Source of the DNA: an uncultured delta proteobacterium
Lineage (GTDB): Bacteria > Myxococcota_A > Polyangia > Polyangiales > B10-G4
Reading direction: 5' to 3'
Assembly: GCA_963727445.1 (NCBI GenBank)
Contig: CAVSGI010000014.1
Coordinates: 384,001 to 448,000 of the forward strand
Length of the DNA: 64,000 nucleotides
This document shows positions 17,778 through 26,310 of this stretch, in pieces. The notes below the pieces were generated by a model. That model saw nothing but the letters and a program-made list of their open reading frames with translations, did no database searches and had not been told where the DNA came from. The position numbers and the translations under genes are program-made. Position 1 is the stretch's first letter, and the number at the start of each line of letters is the position of its first letter.

Positions 17778-18305
17778 ATGATCGGATTCGCAATCGGTTT
17801 GTCGTGCCTCATCGGGCTCGTCTTCGTACTTCGACGAGGACGACGCGCCTACTGGGGCCACCACGGGCATCATCACCACCACGGCTGCGGCTACCGCGGC
17901 CACCACCATCATCATGGACGTCATGGCTGGGGCCCTCGCGGCGACGGCCGGATGGGCATGCTCTGGCACCTCTTCGAGCGCCTCGACACCACCCCCGGTC
18001 AGGAGAAGGTGATCCGCGAGGCCGTCGAAGAGCTCCGCGAGACCGCCCGCGGCATGCGCCGCGAGATGCGGGCGAGCGGCGACGACGTCTCCCGCGCCAT
18101 GCGAGGCGAGAGCTTCGACGAGACCGTCATGGGCGACATGTTCGCGCGCCACGACGACCGCATCCGCGAGCTCCAGAAGGCCTTCGTGGGCGCGATGGCG
18201 AAGATCCACGACGCCCTCGACGAGCGGCAGCGCGCCCGCCTCGCCGACTTTCTCGAGTCGGGGCCCCGCATGGGCTTCGGCGGTCCCTACCGTGGCTGGG
18301 TCTGA
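17778..18305 (+). CDS. His-rich Spy/CpxP-like (periplasmic heavy-metal sensor-like) protein
   Basis: N-terminal TM, HHGHHHHHGCGYRGHHHHH tract, LDTTPGQEKVIR...IHDALDERQRARLA. Confidence 0.7.
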   Translation: MIGFAIGLSCLIGLVFVLRRGRRAYWGHHGHHHHHGCGYRGHHHHHGRHGWGPRGDGRMGMLWHLFERLDTTPGQEKVIREAVEELRETARGMRREMRASGDDVSRAMRGESFDETVMGDMFARHDDRIRELQKAFVGAMAKIHDALDERQRARLADFLESGPRMGFGGPYRGWV

Positions 18306-18317
18306 AGGAGGCGTCGG

Positions 18318-18604
18318 ATGAAGAACATCAAGCGAAGATCCTCATCGGCGTCCTCGCCGTGGGCACCGTCCTCGGCTTCGGCAGCGGTTTCGCCAGCCTC
18401 CGCTGGCACAGCTGCCACCGTCAGGAGATGGCCCGGCACCTGAGCCAGGTCTGCGTCGACGCCGCCATGGCAGCCCGCGACGGCGAGGACCGGGTGGCCA
18501 TCGACGAAGCGGACTGGCATCGGCACCGGCACATGCGCCGCGTCGAGCGCGAGGTGCGCCATCTCTGTGCCGATCAGGGGCGCCGGCACCGGCAGCAGCA
18601 GTAG
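18318..18604 (+). CDS. Small membrane protein (frameshift near its start)
   Basis: AAGGAGG RBS, ATG at 18318, then in another frame KILIGVLAVGTVLGFGSGFASL...VCVDAA. Confidence 0.55.
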
Positions 18605-18619
18605 CGGTATAGTCCCCGC

Positions 18620-19303
18620 GTGATCCGCGTCCTGCTCATCGACGACGACCGTCGCCTCTTCGAGCTTCTCGACACCTACCTGTCGCAGAACGGGGTGAGC
18701 CTCGCCCACAGCCTCGACGGGCGCGGCGGTCTCGACGCGCTGAGCCAGAGCGCCTTCGACGCCGTCCTCCTCGACGTGATGATGCCGGGGATGGACGGCC
18801 TCGAGACGCTGCGGCGGATCCGCGACAAGACCCGCATCCCGGTCATCATGCTCACCGCGCGGGGCGACGAAGCCGACCGGGTGGTGGGCCTCGAGCTCGG
18901 CGCGGACGACTACGTCGCCAAGCCCTTCAGCCCGCGCGAGCTCCTCGCGCGCATCCGCGCGGTGCTCCGGCGCGCGCAGCCGGAAGCACAGGCCGAGCGG
19001 CTCTCGGCGGGCGGCGTCGAGGTGGACGTGCCCTCGCGGGCGGTGAGCGTGGACGGCGGCGAGGTGGAGCTCACGGGCATCGAGTTCGACATCCTGGTGG
19101 CGCTCCTCAGGCGCGCCGGGCGGGTCGTCCCGCGCACCGCGCTCCTCGAGGAGGCGGGCCGCGACGACGTCGTGGTGGGCGAGCGCACGGTGGACGTGCA
19201 CATCTCGAAGCTGCGCAAGAAGCTCGGCGACGATCCGCGCAGCCCCAAGCGCATCCGCACGGTGCGCGGCGTGGGGTACGTGCTCGCCAAGGACGCCCCC
19301 TAG
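18620..19303 (+). CDS. OmpR/CpxR-family response regulator
   Basis: LLIDDD, LLDVMMPGMDG, GADDYVAKPF, ERTVDVHISKLR, TVRGVGY. Confidence 0.95.
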   Translation: MIRVLLIDDDRRLFELLDTYLSQNGVSLAHSLDGRGGLDALSQSAFDAVLLDVMMPGMDGLETLRRIRDKTRIPVIMLTARGDEADRVVGLELGADDYVAKPFSPRELLARIRAVLRRAQPEAQAERLSAGGVEVDVPSRAVSVDGGEVELTGIEFDILVALLRRAGRVVPRTALLEEAGRDDVVVGERTVDVHISKLRKKLGDDPRSPKRIRTVRGVGYVLAKDAP

Positions 19304-20649
19304 TGCACGGGCACGGGCAGGGGCACGGGCACGTGCATGGACCGCATTGCGAGCACGTTCGCCATCGGCGCCGGCGGCGCGGGCCCCGGGGGTGGACGAG
19401 CTACTTCCGGATGCGGCTGCGCCGGCGGCTCTTCGCGTGGTTCGGGGTGGTGATCGTGATGTCCGGCGCCGCGATGGGCGCGATCGTCTGGACCACCTCC
19501 GATGCGCCGAGCTGGCGCGAGGAGATGATGCGCTGGCGCGCCTTCACCGGGCGCCGTTTCGGGGAGATGTGGGACGAGCCCGAGCGGCGCGACGCCCTCG
19601 CCGGCGCCATCGCCTCCGAGCTGGGTGCGCGGGTCACCCTCGCCGACGCGTCGGGGACCGTGGTCGAGAGCTTCGGCGGCGAGTGCGCCGATGGTCACTT
19701 CACCGCCGACGTGGTGCGCGACGGCACGCTCCTCGGAGAGGTGCGCATCTGCCCCGAGCGCGGTCACCACCACGGGAGCGTCCCCTTCCTCTTCGGCCTG
19801 CTCGGCGCAGGCGCGGTTCTTTGGATGGCAGCCGGCTTCCTGGCGCGGCGGCTCACCAAGCCCGTCGACCTCATCGTTCACGCCGCCCGCGACATCGGCG
19901 AGGGCAAGCTCGACAGCCGCATGAAGCTCGGCCGCCACCACACGGGTGACCTCCGCGAGCTCGCCGAGACCTTCAACCACATGGCCGCGCGCATTCAGAA
20001 GCAGCTCACCGATCAGAAGGAGCTCCTGGCCGCGGTGTCCCACGAGATCCGGACGCCCCTCGGACACATGCGCATTCTCCTCGACCTCGCGCGGGACGCG
20101 GACACCAATCCCAAGATCGTCGCCGAGCTCGAAAAGGAGCTGCTCGAAGTGGACTCCCTCGTGGATCAGCTCCTCGCGAGCTCGCGCCTCGAGTTCGAGA
20201 GCCTCGAGCGTCGCAAGCTCGACGCGACCGACGTGGCGAAGCGCGCCCTCGGTCGCTTCGACCTCGACGCGTCGCTCCTCGACGCGCCGGGCGGCGAGGC
20301 CCTCGAGGTCGACGCCGATCCCATGCTCCTCGGCCGCGCCCTCGCGAACCTCCTCGTCAACGCCCAGAAGCACGGAGGCGGCGTGGTGCGGCTCGAGATC
20401 CGCGCCGACGCAGACGAGATCGTCTTCGCGGTGGAGGACGACGGTCCGGGGCTCCCCGAAGAGGACCGCGACCGCGTCTTCGATTCCTTCTATCGGGGCG
20501 ACCGACGGGCCGGAGCCCACCACGGATCTCTGGGCCTGGGGCTGTCGTTGGTGCGCCGGATCGCCAAAGCGCACGGAGGCCGGGCCTTTGCCGAGAACCG
20601 CGAGGCGGGCGGGGCCCGGGTCGGGATCACGATCCCGCGCGAGGCTTGA
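19303..20649 (+). CDS. HAMP-domain sensor histidine kinase
   Basis: Two TMs, HAMP, VSHEIRTPL H-box, NLLVNA, DDGPG, GLGLSLV. Confidence 0.93.
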   Translation: MHGHGQGHGHVHGPHCEHVRHRRRRRGPRGWTSYFRMRLRRRLFAWFGVVIVMSGAAMGAIVWTTSDAPSWREEMMRWRAFTGRRFGEMWDEPERRDALAGAIASELGARVTLADASGTVVESFGGECADGHFTADVVRDGTLLGEVRICPERGHHHGSVPFLFGLLGAGAVLWMAAGFLARRLTKPVDLIVHAARDIGEGKLDSRMKLGRHHTGDLRELAETFNHMAARIQKQLTDQKELLAAVSHEIRTPLGHMRILLDLARDADTNPKIVAELEKELLEVDSLVDQLLASSRLEFESLERRKLDATDVAKRALGRFDLDASLLDAPGGEALEVDADPMLLGRALANLLVNAQKHGGGVVRLEIRADADEIVFAVEDDGPGLPEEDRDRVFDSFYRGDRRAGAHHGSLGLGLSLVRRIAKAHGGRAFAENREAGGARVGITIPREA

Positions 20650-20699
20650 ACGCGGGGCGAAGGCGTGGAAGATTCGCGCCGCTCAAGGAGACCCCCCGA

Positions 20700-21077
20700 A
20701 TGAAGACCCTCATCAGCTTCGCCACGCTCTGTCTCGCGATCACGATCACCGGCTGCGGCGGCGGTGGCGGTGAGGAAGGCGGTGAGGGCGGCGGCGGTTC
20801 GACCAGCGGCGGCGAAGTCCCCGCCGAGTACCAGGGCCCCATCGCCGACACCGCGGACGCCGCGGCGGGCGCGGAGTCCTATGACCAGGTCTGTGCGGCG
20901 TGCCATCCGACCGACGCACCGGATCTCGCCGGCATCGCTTGGAGCGCGGGCGCCGTGCGCCGGCAGGTGCGCGAGGGTGCAGACGGGATGCCGCCCTTCT
21001 CCGCCAGCCGCCTCAGCGACGCGGACCTCGAGAACATCCTCGCCCACATGAAGACCATCGGCGCCATCGCCGACTGA
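20700..21077 (+). CDS. Monoheme cytochrome c lipoprotein
   Basis: Lipobox ITGC, CAACH, distal Met in GMPPF. Confidence 0.85.
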   Translation: MKTLISFATLCLAITITGCGGGGGEEGGEGGGGSTSGGEVPAEYQGPIADTADAAAGAESYDQVCAACHPTDAPDLAGIAWSAGAVRRQVREGADGMPPFSASRLSDADLENILAHMKTIGAIAD

Positions 21078-21083
21078 TCGTCC

Positions 21084-22838
21084 TCAGTCTTCTTCGTCGT
21101 CCTCGGGCGGCTGCACTTCGAAGTCGATCGCTTCGAAGCGCTGAAGGCGCAGGTACGCCGTGACCATGCGGATGTCGTGGTCGCTGAGCTGCTCGGCGAA
21201 GGCCGGCATGTCGTTGAGCTCGCCGTAGTTGGCGAGCTCCCCCGGCGAGTGGATCTGCTCGTAGATCCACGTGCGCGAGCCGTAGTGCGCGAGGTTCGGC
21301 GCGCCGAGGCCGAGGAAATCCCCGTCGTCACCGTAGGTGTGGCAGTTCATGCACTTGGACTCGAACTGGGTCCGGCCGGTGGCGACGAGGTCCTGATCGA
21401 TGTCGTCCGGATCCTGCGGCTCGCGGCCCAGTGAGAAGAGGAACTCGGCGGTGGCGCGGAGCTGATCCTGGCCCAGGCGCGCCTGACTCGGCATCTTCTC
21501 GTCCAGCTCGGTGGTGCCGAAGAAGTGGTCGTCCTGCGGCGCGTTCATCAGCGCCACCAACCACTGCCGCGAAGCAAAGCCCGTGTGGTCCGGCGCCTCG
21601 CGGTCGCCCTTGCCGTTTAGCACGTGACAGCTCGAGCAGTACTGCCCGTAGACCTCGCGCCCGCGGGTCATCGGGTCGTTTTCGAGCATGAAGAGCGGCC
21701 CCTCGGGAGGGATGCCCCAGCCCGCGATCTCGAGGGCGCGTGCGCCGCGCAGGTCCGCCGCGGCGCGCGCCTCCTGGAAGTCCTCGTCGGCCGCGTCGTG
21801 CGACTTGCTGCTGTAGATGAGCGCAAAGAGCGACGCGCCGATCAGAGCGAGGGGCACGAGCCAGGGGACGCGGCGCAGGGGACCAGCGCTGTCGCGACGA
21901 TCGATGAAGGGCAGCGAGAAGAGGAACCCGATCAACAGGCCGGGGATCACCGCAGTCGCCACCAGCTCCATCGAGGCCGGCAGGAGCTTTCGCAGCTCGT
22001 AGAGCGGCAACAGGAACCACTCGGGCCGCGCCGGATAGTCGTGCGAGGGATCGGCGGGCGCGTCCAGATGCGCGCCGCCGTGCATGGCCGTGGTCACGCC
22101 GACCACCGCCGCGAGCACCAACACCACGAAGCCGAGGTCGCGGACCCACTGGGCCGGCCACGCGCGGACCTCGCCCTCCGGCTTCGCCCACCGCGGCACG
22201 TCCGGCCCGTGCTTGCGGCGCACCCACCACATGCCGATCGCCACCAGCGTGATCAGCGCCGGCAGGAGGATCACGTGGATGGCGTAGAGGCGCGTGAGCG
22301 TCGCCTGGCCGAGGGTCGGCCCGCCGGCGATCAGCTCGTACATCGGCTGGCCCACCACCGGCATGGAGCCTGCGATGTTGAGCTCGACCCACAGGGCCCA
22401 GTAGCTCATCTGGTCCCACGGCAGGCGCAGGCCGCTGATGAGCGCGCCCAGGATCAGGTGGAGCAGGATCAAGAGGAGCCAGAAGCCCCCCTCCCGCGGC
22501 TTCCGGTAGGCGCCGTAGTACACGACCGTGATCAAATGGAGCGCGACGACGATCAGCATCGCCTGGCCGCCCCAGGAGTGAAGCCCGCGCACGAACCAGC
22601 CGTTCGTGACGCGATGGCCGATGTAGAAGACGCTCGACCAGGCGCTGTCGACGTCGGGGACGTAGGTGAGCATCAGCAACAGGCCGGTGAAGGCCTGCAC
22701 CGCGAAGATCACCATCAGCGCGTTCAAGAAGACGTATCCCCAGCGCGGGCCGCCCCGAACCTGCTCGTCGAGCGCGCCCTTCAGCAGCGCGCCGAAACCG
22801 AATCGCTCGGCGAAGAATCCGCGGACCTTGGCGAGCAT
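21084..22838 (-). CDS. Cytochrome b of a bc complex fused to a diheme cytochrome c domain
   Basis: GWFVRGLHSWG, LPWDQMSYW, TLTRLYAIH, PEWF motif, then CSSCH and CMNCH. Confidence 0.9.
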   Translation of the reverse strand: MLAKVRGFFAERFGFGALLKGALDEQVRGGPRWGYVFLNALMVIFAVQAFTGLLLMLTYVPDVDSAWSSVFYIGHRVTNGWFVRGLHSWGGQAMLIVVALHLITVVYYGAYRKPREGGFWLLLILLHLILGALISGLRLPWDQMSYWALWVELNIAGSMPVVGQPMYELIAGGPTLGQATLTRLYAIHVILLPALITLVAIGMWWVRRKHGPDVPRWAKPEGEVRAWPAQWVRDLGFVVLVLAAVVGVTTAMHGGAHLDAPADPSHDYPARPEWFLLPLYELRKLLPASMELVATAVIPGLLIGFLFSLPFIDRRDSAGPLRRVPWLVPLALIGASLFALIYSSKSHDAADEDFQEARAAADLRGARALEIAGWGIPPEGPLFMLENDPMTRGREVYGQYCSSCHVLNGKGDREAPDHTGFASRQWLVALMNAPQDDHFFGTTELDEKMPSQARLGQDQLRATAEFLFSLGREPQDPDDIDQDLVATGRTQFESKCMNCHTYGDDGDFLGLGAPNLAHYGSRTWIYEQIHSPGELANYGELNDMPAFAEQLSDHDIRMVTAYLRLQRFEAIDFEVQPPEDDEED

Positions 22839-22842
22839 CGCG

Positions 22843-23364
22843 TCAGCCGATCTCCACCTGGTCTTCGCTCTGGGTGCGGAAGCGCTTGAACTGCACCTCG
22901 ATCACCCCGTCGCGCACCTCCGCCGTGAGTCGATCCATGGCACGGGGCGAGGGCCCCTCCTTGACCGACCCGTCGAGGCCGAAGGAGCTGTCGTGACACG
23001 GGCAGACGAACTGGTCGTGCTCGCGGTCGAAGTCGATCTTGCAGCCGAGATGGGGGCACTCGGCGCTCATGGCGATGATCTCGTCGCCCTCCCCCTTCTG
23101 GAGCCAGACCGTACCCAGCTGGACATGAGGCGCCCGGGTCCACTCGTCGACCTTCTCACCGATCACCGGCAGGGAGACGGGATGGTCCGCGAGGACCGAC
23201 GCGTCGCCGATGGGTAGAAAGTCGTCGGCCGATCCCCGCCGGCGCAAGAGCGGATCGAGGATCACGCTGAAACCCGGGATCGCGGCCAGGGCGGCCACCG
23301 CGGTACCCGCGAGCGCCGCGGCCATCGTGAGGAAGCGGCGGCGGCCTTTGGAGTCCTCGCTCAT
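22843..23364 (-). CDS. Rieske 2Fe-2S subunit of a cytochrome bc complex
   Basis: Tat motif GRRRFL, CPHLGC and CPCHDS boxes. Confidence 0.92.
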   Translation of the reverse strand: MSEDSKGRRRFLTMAAALAGTAVAALAAIPGFSVILDPLLRRRGSADDFLPIGDASVLADHPVSLPVIGEKVDEWTRAPHVQLGTVWLQKGEGDEIIAMSAECPHLGCKIDFDREHDQFVCPCHDSSFGLDGSVKEGPSPRAMDRLTAEVRDGVIEVQFKRFRTQSEDQVEIG

Positions 23365-23497
23365 ACCCTCTCTCCCAGCAAAGCGCCTCGTGAACAGCCG
23401 CGCGAGCGTAACATTCGCCCCCGTTCGCGGCTTACTAAACGGCGTACCAAGGACGCGGCTGGTAAGTTACCTTTTCGCCCGAGAAAACGAGGAGACG

Positions 23498-24118
23498 ATG
23501 ATGAAGCGCAGGGGAATCGCATACCTGACCATGGCCCTCATGCTGGCGAGCTGTGGCGGCGCGGCCGACGAGACCACCGACGAGAGCGGCGGGGCGGACA
23601 CCTCCGGCGGCGAGACGGTGGAAAACGAGGGCACTACGGACTCCCTCGACCCCTGCGCCGAGAGCGAGGCGCCCTGTGAGGGCAGCGCTGGCACGGAGGA
23701 CGGCGGCACGGGCGACGAAGGGGCCACCGAAGGCGAAGCCGCCGGAGGCGAAGGCGAAGGCGCCGAGGGGACCACCGAAGGCGAAGGCGGCGCCGCCGAA
23801 GGCGAGGGCCAGGCGCGCGGAACCGAAGGCGGCGAGGAAGGGCCGACGCCCCAGCAGCAGTGGCGCGCCCAGGTACGGCTGGGGCGGCAGTGGTTCAACC
23901 GGCGCTGCGACACCTGCCACCCCGGCGGCGAGGAGGACATCGGTCCGGACATCCGCCGCATCCACTGGCCGGTGGCGCGGATGCGGCACCAGATTCGCCA
24001 GGGCTCCGGCCGAATGCGCCCGATCCCCCCCTCCCGCCTGTCCAACGCGCAGATGGAAGCCCTCATGGCATATCTTTCCACCATGGGAACCGTCCGAGGC
24101 GTGTCGCGTCCTGAGTAA
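23498..24118 (+). CDS. Monoheme cytochrome c lipoprotein with long acidic linker
   Basis: GAGGAG RBS, lipobox LASC, CDTCH, GRMRP. Confidence 0.8.
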   Translation: MMKRRGIAYLTMALMLASCGGAADETTDESGGADTSGGETVENEGTTDSLDPCAESEAPCEGSAGTEDGGTGDEGATEGEAAGGEGEGAEGTTEGEGGAAEGEGQARGTEGGEEGPTPQQQWRAQVRLGRQWFNRRCDTCHPGGEEDIGPDIRRIHWPVARMRHQIRQGSGRMRPIPPSRLSNAQMEALMAYLSTMGTVRGVSRPE

Positions 24119-24147
24119 TTCGGCGTCAATCCGGTAGGATCCGGCCC

Positions 24148-26310
24148 GTGTCGGGCCGCAGGGATCAGGCGTTCCTCGTCGCCACTTGCGGGCTCCTGCT
24201 CCTCTCCGCCTGCGCCACGATTCCCGATGGTCGCTACGGCGTCTCCTCCCTCGACATCGAGGGCGCCGAGCAGATGGACGACCGCGCCGTCGAGAGCTGT
24301 CTGGCGACCTACGAGCGCCCGGCCTTTCGGCTGGATCTCGGCGCGAATCCCGACCCCGAGTGCGGCGTCCCGCCCTTCGACAGCAATCGGCTGTCGCTGC
24401 GCTTCTGGCGCTGGCCGTGGACCGACTGGCCCGTCTTCGACCGGAGCACCTTCGAGCGCGACACCGAGCGTATCCAGCGGTGGTATCGCGCGCGTGGTTT
24501 CTACGATGCCCGTGTGCTGAGCACGACCGTCGACCCTCCCGAAGCGATGATGAGCAGCTTCGAGCTCGATCAGAACGATCTCGAGCCCTGCGAGGAGGAC
24601 TGCGAGGTCGACATCACGGTGCGGGTCTTCGAGGGCGAGCCCGTGCTCATTCGCAGCGTCAAGGTAGAGGGACACCACTCTCTACCGGAGGACGTGCGCG
24701 AAGCCGTGGAATCCGTGATCGAGCTCGAGGTCGGCGACCGCTTCGACGAGGCGATCTACGACCAGGCGAAACGGGACGTGGCCGATCGTCTCGCGGACGC
24801 TTCGTATGCACACGGGCAGGTGCGCGGCGAGGTCGATATCGACCCTCTCAGCCACACCGCCGACATCCGCCTGCAGATCGATCCCGGGCCGCCGTGTGTC
24901 TTCGGCGAGCTCGATGTCATCGACAACGGCGACCTCGACGCGGACGTGATCAAGGCGGTCGCCCTCATCGAGCCCGGCGAGGCGTACAGCAACCAGGCCA
25001 TCGCCGAAGCGCAGCGCGCCATCTACGTGCTCGGCGCTTTCGCGTCGGTGGCGGTGCGCCCCAAGGTGCCGGAGGACCGGACGGACCGCGTCATCCCGAT
25101 CGAGGTGAGCGCGGTGCCCGGGCGCGTGACCCGCTGGGGTCTCGGCGCCGGGATCCAGGCGGGCGTGCTCAACCTGCTCAACAGCGAGCAACAGTCGATC
25201 CCCCAGTGGGACGTCCACCTCCTCCTGCCCCTCGCGGAGTTCCGGAACTTCCTCGGGGGCCTGAGGCGTTTGCGCCTGGAGGAGCGCCCGCGTTTGGTCT
25301 TCCAGGAGCAGTTCCCCGCGGTCGACATTCCGCGCCCCGGCAACAACCTCAAGCTCGAGTTCCGGCAACCCTCTTTCATCGAAGGGCGAACGTGGCTCGT
25401 CGCCGGCGCGGAATGGGACCTCGGCCCCGATCCCTATCAGGGCTTCTTTCGTCACGACGTGAACGCGGAGCTGGGCCCCGAGCGCTTCTTCTTCGACCAG
25501 CGCCTGTTCCTGGCCCTGAGGCTTCGCTACAACTTCTACTATCCGCTCGATTCGGAGCGCGCGCGGGCCGCCGACAAGCCGATGCTCTTTCCGGGGCAGA
25601 TCCCCTCCAACTACCAGCTCCCTTTCCTCGAGCTCTTCGGCAAGCTGGACCTCCGTGACGTTCCCCGCCAGCCCCACCAGGGCTTCTATTTTCAGGCGGG
25701 AATCCACGGCGCCGGGCCCCTCGCGAGCTGGACCTATTTTCGAGTGACTCCGGAGGTGCGCGGCTACGTCCCATTGCCATTCGGCGTCGTCCTGGCGCTG
25801 CGTTTCGCGATCGGAGCCGTGTTCATCCTGCAGGCAGATCCCAATCTCGACGAGACCAGCCAGCGCCTGGGACCGAACCGCTACCGCCTGCGCGGCGGTG
25901 GCGCGACGAGCGTGCGCGGCTATCTGCCCGGTCAACTGGGTGACAGCATCAACGGCGGCACGCGGAGGTGGGAGGCGTCCGTCGAGCTACGCATCCCCCT
26001 CTCCCCAGACTTTTCGACGGTGCTCTTCGCGGACGCCGGAGACGTGCACGCCGGACGCGACTCGACCAGCCCCCTCGGGCCCGAGGACCCGCGCTTCCGT
26101 TTCGACTACTGGCACCTCAGCGCAGGTCTCGGGCTCCGCTATCTCACCATCGTCGGCCCGCTGCGCCTCGACATCGGCTTCCAGATCCCGAACGCCCAGG
26201 TGCTCGGCCAGGACGATCAGACCGCCATCGGCATCCCCAAGTCGAAGATCAACTTCCTGTTCGCCCAGGTACCCGGCGCCATTCATCTCACGATCGGTGA
26301 AGCCTTCTGA
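24148..26310 (+). CDS. tamA: Omp85 family TamA/BamA-like outer-membrane protein
   Basis: Lipobox LSAC, POTRA-like YRARGFYDARV, SVRGY motif, GLGLRYLTIVGPLRLDIG, C-terminal Phe. Confidence 0.85.
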   Translation: MSGRRDQAFLVATCGLLLLSACATIPDGRYGVSSLDIEGAEQMDDRAVESCLATYERPAFRLDLGANPDPECGVPPFDSNRLSLRFWRWPWTDWPVFDRSTFERDTERIQRWYRARGFYDARVLSTTVDPPEAMMSSFELDQNDLEPCEEDCEVDITVRVFEGEPVLIRSVKVEGHHSLPEDVREAVESVIELEVGDRFDEAIYDQAKRDVADRLADASYAHGQVRGEVDIDPLSHTADIRLQIDPGPPCVFGELDVIDNGDLDADVIKAVALIEPGEAYSNQAIAEAQRAIYVLGAFASVAVRPKVPEDRTDRVIPIEVSAVPGRVTRWGLGAGIQAGVLNLLNSEQQSIPQWDVHLLLPLAEFRNFLGGLRRLRLEERPRLVFQEQFPAVDIPRPGNNLKLEFRQPSFIEGRTWLVAGAEWDLGPDPYQGFFRHDVNAELGPERFFFDQRLFLALRLRYNFYYPLDSERARAADKPMLFPGQIPSNYQLPFLELFGKLDLRDVPRQPHQGFYFQAGIHGAGPLASWTYFRVTPEVRGYVPLPFGVVLALRFAIGAVFILQADPNLDETSQRLGPNRYRLRGGGATSVRGYLPGQLGDSINGGTRRWEASVELRIPLSPDFSTVLFADAGDVHAGRDSTSPLGPEDPRFRFDYWHLSAGLGLRYLTIVGPLRLDIGFQIPNAQVLGQDDQTAIGIPKSKINFLFAQVPGAIHLTIGEAF

